Positions 58,470 through 64,000 of a DNA stretch of 64,000 nucleotides are shown here, piece after piece. Made by a program: the position numbers and the translations under genes. The notes below the pieces were generated by a model. That model made no database searches and was not told the DNA's origin. It saw only the letters and a list, made by a program, of their open reading frames with translations. The stretch is from NCBI GenBank assembly GCA_036172245.1, contig JAYWIR010000006.1:1612001-1676000 (forward strand), written 5' to 3'. Source of the DNA: Raillietiella orientalis (Eukaryota). Numbering within the stretch: the stretch's first letter is position 1; every line of letters begins with the position of its first letter.

Positions 58470-61300
58470 TCGAGAACTACCGTACGCTAATCTTGGCGCC
58501 CAAGGATGATGAGATTTTCGTCAGCAGCACGGTGGACCGCAGATTCTCTAGAAGTTTCTTTCGAAATTTGGATTCCACAGCGATCGTGACCGCTCAGAGG
58601 TGTTCCCTAGAATCATTCGTGACGACTCAAAGCTCTTCCCTGGAACCGTTTGTGCTTGGTATAACATGGAATTAGCGTCCGCGGCAGAGTTACCGAAATG
58701 ACATGTAAACGTATCGGAGGGGGGAGAAATCCATATGTGTGCATCATCGTATATATGTGTGTGTCGTGCATTAATCGCATTAATTGCGCACTCGCCAACG
58801 GTGGGTTTGCACCGTTTCATGATTCCGATGTCGATATTCTCATGAACAGTTCAGCAAAAACGCAGTGCAACAGTTCAGCAGAGCTTCTTGATGAATTTAA
58901 ATGCCTTAAATGATAATGATTGCATAAGCGTGCAGAGCCAGAGATGAAATCCTACTTGAATCTGTTGCTGTCATCGTTTTGAAGCCTTGTAACTACGCAC
59001 GCAAGTACATTCAAAAGAATAAAGATTACCTTTAATGACTCTTAAAGAAACGCGAAAGATAAATCCATGGATTTAATTGTAATTGGTTTCTGTTATAATT
59101 ATGGCAGAAAGCAGAACAGACGGAATATCATATATTATCAGTAATTCATTCGTTTCATTGAAACAATTCATCACATGCGAGCAACGTTGCCGCTTTCCCT
59201 CTACTTTACATTTAAGCAAAGCAAAAAAATGGACAGTGAAGTTCATCGAATCGACCGAAGACGTTTGGAAATATTATAATCACGCTTTTAATGATTCTAT
59301 TGGAACCTCATTACCTGGCATCCTTTTAGGTTGATTTTTTTTTCCTCTCTTTCTCTCTCTCCCTTTCAGGTCCCGATAATTTTCATATCGAGGTACACGA
59401 TGTTTAATCCGGAGAAGCCTTCGAATTTTTTTTTTTTTTCCCTCGCAAAGCCGAAAACGCTTTCCTAGTTTTTTGCGAAAGCACGGAGAGACTTTTGGTC
59501 TGCTCGTAAAGAGAATCCAAGATCGAGTCGAAGTTTCGCCGAACTTGATTTCGCAAATGCTAGCAGCGTCTCCGAGAGCACAACAAAAACGCTATTAGCC
59601 CCTTGTTTTGCTAACGTTATTGAGACACACTTGTAAATAGGAATCATTAGATTAACCCCATAACCAATGTCAGCGAACTCTCAGGAGATTTCTTGCAGCG
59701 GCACAAGACGAATGAACAGCTGGCTCTCATCCCTTAAATACTTCCAACTTCCTGAATGATCCGAGAAACCAGGATTGTACACAGCGTTCGTATCATTTGT
59801 GAATCCACTCGTTCCTGTTCATCATCCCGTCAGGGAGCACGAACGACGCACCGTCGCTGGGTTTACACGTCGTCCGGGAGCGGAACGGAAAAACGGCAGA
59901 AGACTCCTAAGAATGCGTACGTCTTCGTCTTCCGCGCGGGCGGAAGTACCTTTTCGGTTTCTGGCGCGTATAACGCATCGATGCTTTCTCCCTGCGAGCT
60001 CACGCAAGCATCACCTTGCGGGAAGACGAGGCGATTCCTGTCTCACCATGATGAATTCTTGTTTGGAGCTGTAATCCAGTCGTTATACAAGCAGGAAACG
60101 GACGAACATTATCTGTCCGCGAGATTTCAAGCGACGTAACGCAATGGCCTGTGCTCCCCTTTCGCAGACAGCAATGAAGCATCGGGAAGAGGCTGAGCAT
60201 TAATTGCTGTGCGTTAACGCTCAGCTGCCGGCTTCGTGGTGCTTCTACGATGCAAACGCAATTCGCAGCTACCGAAAGTGAGAAGAAGGGAAGAAGAAAA
60301 AAAAATTCAAAGGAAAAAGTCACCTCGGGATGCTTTCCCGGAAAACAAAAAAAAGAGCGGTCGTCCCGCTCGTCTTCTAGGCAGAGCTCACTTGAGACTG
60401 CACCAGCTGTTGAGGACGGCGCGATCATGTTCCAGGCAAAATCGGTACACTCTGCTTTCAAAAACTGCAGCCCAATTATCGTGTGCAAGTGTCTTAGTTG
60501 CATCTTGCTTATCGGAAGACCGTGCGAAGAGCGCCCTCAGGATGGAGATGCAGGAGTATTTTCTTTCATTCAGGGGAACATTCAGGCATCATTAGCCGCT
60601 CTTTGGAAGGCAGATTATCCTTAATGCTCAAACTCCTTCATCCTGTGTTAATGAAAGCCATTTTGTATCCAGTAAAGGAAAAAAAACGGGGCTGTCCCAT
60701 CTTCTAAGCATCTGTGGTTGGTGCCATTTGTCGACGTTCTCTCGGAAATCTTCCTCTTCTCGGAAGATTTCTGACCGTAGTGATTACCATCACATCTCAT
60801 ATTGAAGAAAGTGTGTCGGAGCTGAGTGGAGCTGAAGTTTTCACTGGAGGGGCGTTCCACAGGGCGAAGGAAGGAATTTTGTCGAGGATGATGCTGATCG
60901 ATGGTTGGGGAGTGTTCAGGAAGGAAGAACGAGAGAAAGAAAGAAAAAAAACTCACAGGGAAGTGTTTCCTGGACAGAGCTTCCGTAGTTGGTCAAGCGT
61001 GTGAGAAAGGGAGATGTCTACCGGAAGAAGCTGCAAGGTGCGTTCGGAGCAGTCCTGCGTCGCCTCCCGGGCCCACGAGGATTCCGATTTTTTCTCGAAC
61101 TCCCACCCTCGTGCGAACGGCTGCTCGGAAAGCTCCTCGTTCGGTCAGTTCGCAACACGAGAGACGGATTTCCATCTGTCATCTGCAACAATTCGCTGCC
61201 TTGAAAGCGCAGCCGCGGAGGCCGCAGCGAGCGCACGATCGGGAAGGACGGAGCTCGTGGGGAAGGAGGTTTCCCAGAAACTGCACAATTCGGAAGCTGG
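58470..61300 (+). pseudogene. Decayed array (H2B-H2A-H3-H4) x2 plus H2B
   Basis: ENYRTLI (H2B); INRINCALANGGFA and SAELLD (H2A); RIICESTR (H2B); RAGGSTFSVS and FLFGAVIQSL (H2A); IMFQAKSV and LSEDRAKSAL (H3); LLGRFLTVVI (H4). Confidence 0.55.
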
Positions 61301-61325
61301 CACGGACCAGCGGAAGCACAGTGCA

Positions 61326-61697
61326 CGTCGAGCTCGTGTACTTGGTCGCAGCTTTCGTGCCTTCCGAGACGGTTGTGCCCGGCCAGTTCTCCGGGCAGCA
61401 GCAAGAGGCGCACCGCCGTCCGCACTTCCCACCTGGTGATGGTTCCGGGCGTTCGTTGTAGTGGGGGCAGGGGCGGCGGGACGCTTCTGCTGCGGTACGC
61501 TCAAAGATGTCATTCACGAAGGCCTCGGCCTTGCTGGAGGCACCCGTATCCAGATGCACCTGCTTCAAAACTTGACAGATGTAATGGCGTAACTCTCCTT
61601 CCTCCTTCGCTTCTTCTTCTTCTTGCTGTTCCCCTTCGTGATGTTCTTCTGAGACTTGCCTACCTCTTCGCTTCACGCGACCAGGCTTCGGAGCCAT
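61326..61697 (-). pseudogene. H2B: Near-canonical histone H2B pseudogene with several frameshifts
   Basis: Across frames it reads MAPK..GKSQKNITKG..KKKKRRRKESYAI / YICQVLKQVHLDTGASSKA..FVNDIFERTAAEASR..HYN / RTAVRLLLLPGELA / VSEGTKAATKYTSS. Confidence 0.95.
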
Positions 61698-61749
61698 CGC
61701 GAATCCACACAGCAATAGATCTCGCTACACCCTTCAGACCCAGAAATTG

Positions 61750-63930
61750 GAGTTTTGAAGACGAAGAGGTTCGGGATGCTGAGTTCACCCGGATGAAGCC
61801 GCTTTCTGGAAGAATCGAGAACATTCGGAAAGCCGAGCGATGGAGCGTAAGAAAACGACGAAGGCTCGAATAGGTTGCTATGATTATGCAGAATTGTTCG
61901 TGCAGGAACTGCTCCTTGCAAACCCGGTTGCCAAGAGTGCGGCCAACGGACGTATCCATCACTCCATCAAGCCCAGATCAAGCCCCATCGCACTGAGAGA
62001 GCATTGTGTCTTTTTTTGATTGGCGAGGTTAAGCAGCGTCGGGACCGGTTAGTATCTGCAGCTCCCAGGCGGTCGTCCATCCGGATGCTAACCGGGATCG
62101 ACGCTCCTTTAAAAAGAAAAAAAAAATCTAAGGGGTTACTCTGAAACACGAAGAGTTGGTAGCCGCGTCAGGAAGAGACCGATCCGGAAACAGCAAAGAA
62201 GAAACTGCGTGCTGCAACCAGATCTTTCAAAAATCAGCCGGCGGTTCTGGAAGATGCCGGGCAGTAGGAGGGCAGAGCAGGCACGGGACCCTGGAAGTGC
62301 CCCCCTTCCTTCCCCCTGCGTGCGTTCTCGTGGCCTACGACAAGAGCCGGAGCTGCAGAGGCGAGCTGACGACCGCCTGAAGAGGAGGAAAATGGCCCCC
62401 GGCAGGATCCCAGCATTCCTCCCTGGTTTCCTGGGAGATGCATCCGATGAGCCAACTTTGGAAATCCTCCGGCCGTTGTCACACACGCTGTGAGACTCCG
62501 AGCGAGTTTTCTCGAAAAGATGGCTAACGAGGAAAAGGTTTTCCTCCTCCTCTCCATCGGTCGTTGCTATGCATTCCGCATCAGCTTGTCAAGAAATGGT
62601 TCTTGACAAGCTGATGCATGCTGGAAACCCCAGGCGAGTCACCGCCTCGCTCGTGATGGGAAATCGCGCAGGATGAGTGGAGGAGGCGGGCGACGAAGAT
62701 GGAGGGGGGGATCCCATTTTCCCTTTCATCTGCTCGATCCCCTTTTAGCACTAACGTGATTAACCGACTTGGGACAAGCACTGCACGGAATCACTTCAGA
62801 GTCACGTGTGATCTGTCTGTCCCGCTTGAGGGTCTCTGTCCTCCTTCCCTCCCTCGCGGAGGGAGTTCGAATGGCTCCGCGCTGCTCGCTCGCTCCCACG
62901 CCGCGCGCGCGGCTGCTGCGCTCGTCCCCGCGCGCGTTCGACGAAAGCGAAGCGGAAAATCCGGGAAGCGAGAGCTTGCGCGATCCCGTGATGTTCCCCC
63001 AGGGAAGAAGCTAGCTGGCAGCGGGCAGCGGCACAGGACGACCCGGCCCGTCTTCCCCGGACTCTTCGCGACAAGGCGGACAGCCGCGATTCGCAGGATT
63101 TGCGCAAATTTCAAGGAGAAAAAAAGACGGGAGGGGGGAGGGAAGGGGAGGGGGCTCTCGGCATGAGTTCCAAGCGATCGGGGCAAGTGCACTCCCCCCT
63201 CTCTCCCCGGTTCCCTACCCTCGGTGTTGCGCGCGCGTGCCGCTCTCCTTCTGACTCCGGAAATCGCCCGAGTCGGAAGCGACACTCCTGAAGCCGCATA
63301 GTCAGAGATCCGTTGCGGCAGCATCCAGGCGTCCCGACGTCCCTCGAATTAATTCGCTAGAGCCCTGGCAAGCAGCACGACCACTTGATCTTCCGGCGTC
63401 TTCGCAACCACGCGGTCTTTCACAGCGCCCGGAGCGCGGCAGTCAAGTCCTGCGACGACACTCCGGGAGAAGCTGCCGAGGCGAGGAGGTCGTTTCGCCA
63501 GGTGCTCGGGCAGCTGCTCTCCGTGCGGTGGACGGCCATCCTCTGCGGCAGCAGATTCAGTGCAAGTCGTGAGCAACGAAGAAATCTCTTTCCCACCCTA
63601 CTTCACCGTACCCTCTATCGCTCTCTCTTTGTGAGGAAGACCATGGCCAGGACGAAGAGAAGGCGACGCGAACGCTGGCAGGGAGTCCGAAGCAGGGAGG
63701 AGGGGACCGAGATGCCTGGACTTCACCTCCCTGGAGGAAGGGGGGAAAGGGAGTAGCGCGGCCAGGAGACGAGAACTCTGGAATGACTGCCCGTTTGCTT
63801 TCTCGACGAGGAAGGGAGATCCAACCCCACCCCCCTTCCGCCTCTCGTCCGTGCGCGCCGAAGACGTCCGAAGGACCAAGCGTTGAGGACATCAGAGACA
63901 GATGGGCTCGCTGCTGGTAGTGCGGAACAA
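61750..63930 (+). pseudogene. Decayed array ..H3-H4..H3-H4
   Basis: H4 anchors ISG, ET, FLEKM and HA..RRVTA (62380-62660). H3 anchors LKPHS, PG..LELIR, FRRL, SAAV..EAAEA and ILC (63285-63570). H4 ETRTL..FLDE (~63765-63810). Confidence 0.55.
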
Positions 63931-64000
63931 ACAGGGGGAAGGGAGGAGGACTGGAGGGCTCCGCGGAAAAACTTCCGAGGGTGGAATTCGCGGCTGAGGA

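Noticed and set aside
63643..63670. ATG GCC AGG ACG AAG (MARTK) as an H3 start
   Set aside because: It lies at the end of an H3-like segment and fits a decayed LARRIRGER better. No H3 tail follows.

Overview
Eukaryotic, GC-rich, repeat-dense DNA. It is probably animal and arthropod-like, judged only from one near-canonical H2B pseudogene. I found no intact protein-coding gene. By eye, most of the window reads as a heavily decayed tandem array of histone-fold coding segments in the fixed, co-oriented order H2B-H2A-H3-H4, roughly 25-30 partial or complete units. Adjacent folds are joined by short, often charged or purine-rich linkers and show no canonical N-terminal tails or 3' stem-loops. At all four junction types, including H4 to the next H2B, at least one copy reads through in a single stop-free frame. 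This suggests a fused quadruplet or a (H2B-H2A-H3-H4)n polyhistone, not an ordinary histone cluster. The array is broken by about 15 strand switches, six 3' fragments of an L1/Tx1-like LINE, three copies of a tRNA-headed structured SINE-like repeat, a 66-67 bp TATA-containing repeat and one near-canonical H2B pseudogene. All domain calls are manual motif alignments on frameshifted sequence. Coordinates are approximate, and an HMM search is needed to confirm them.
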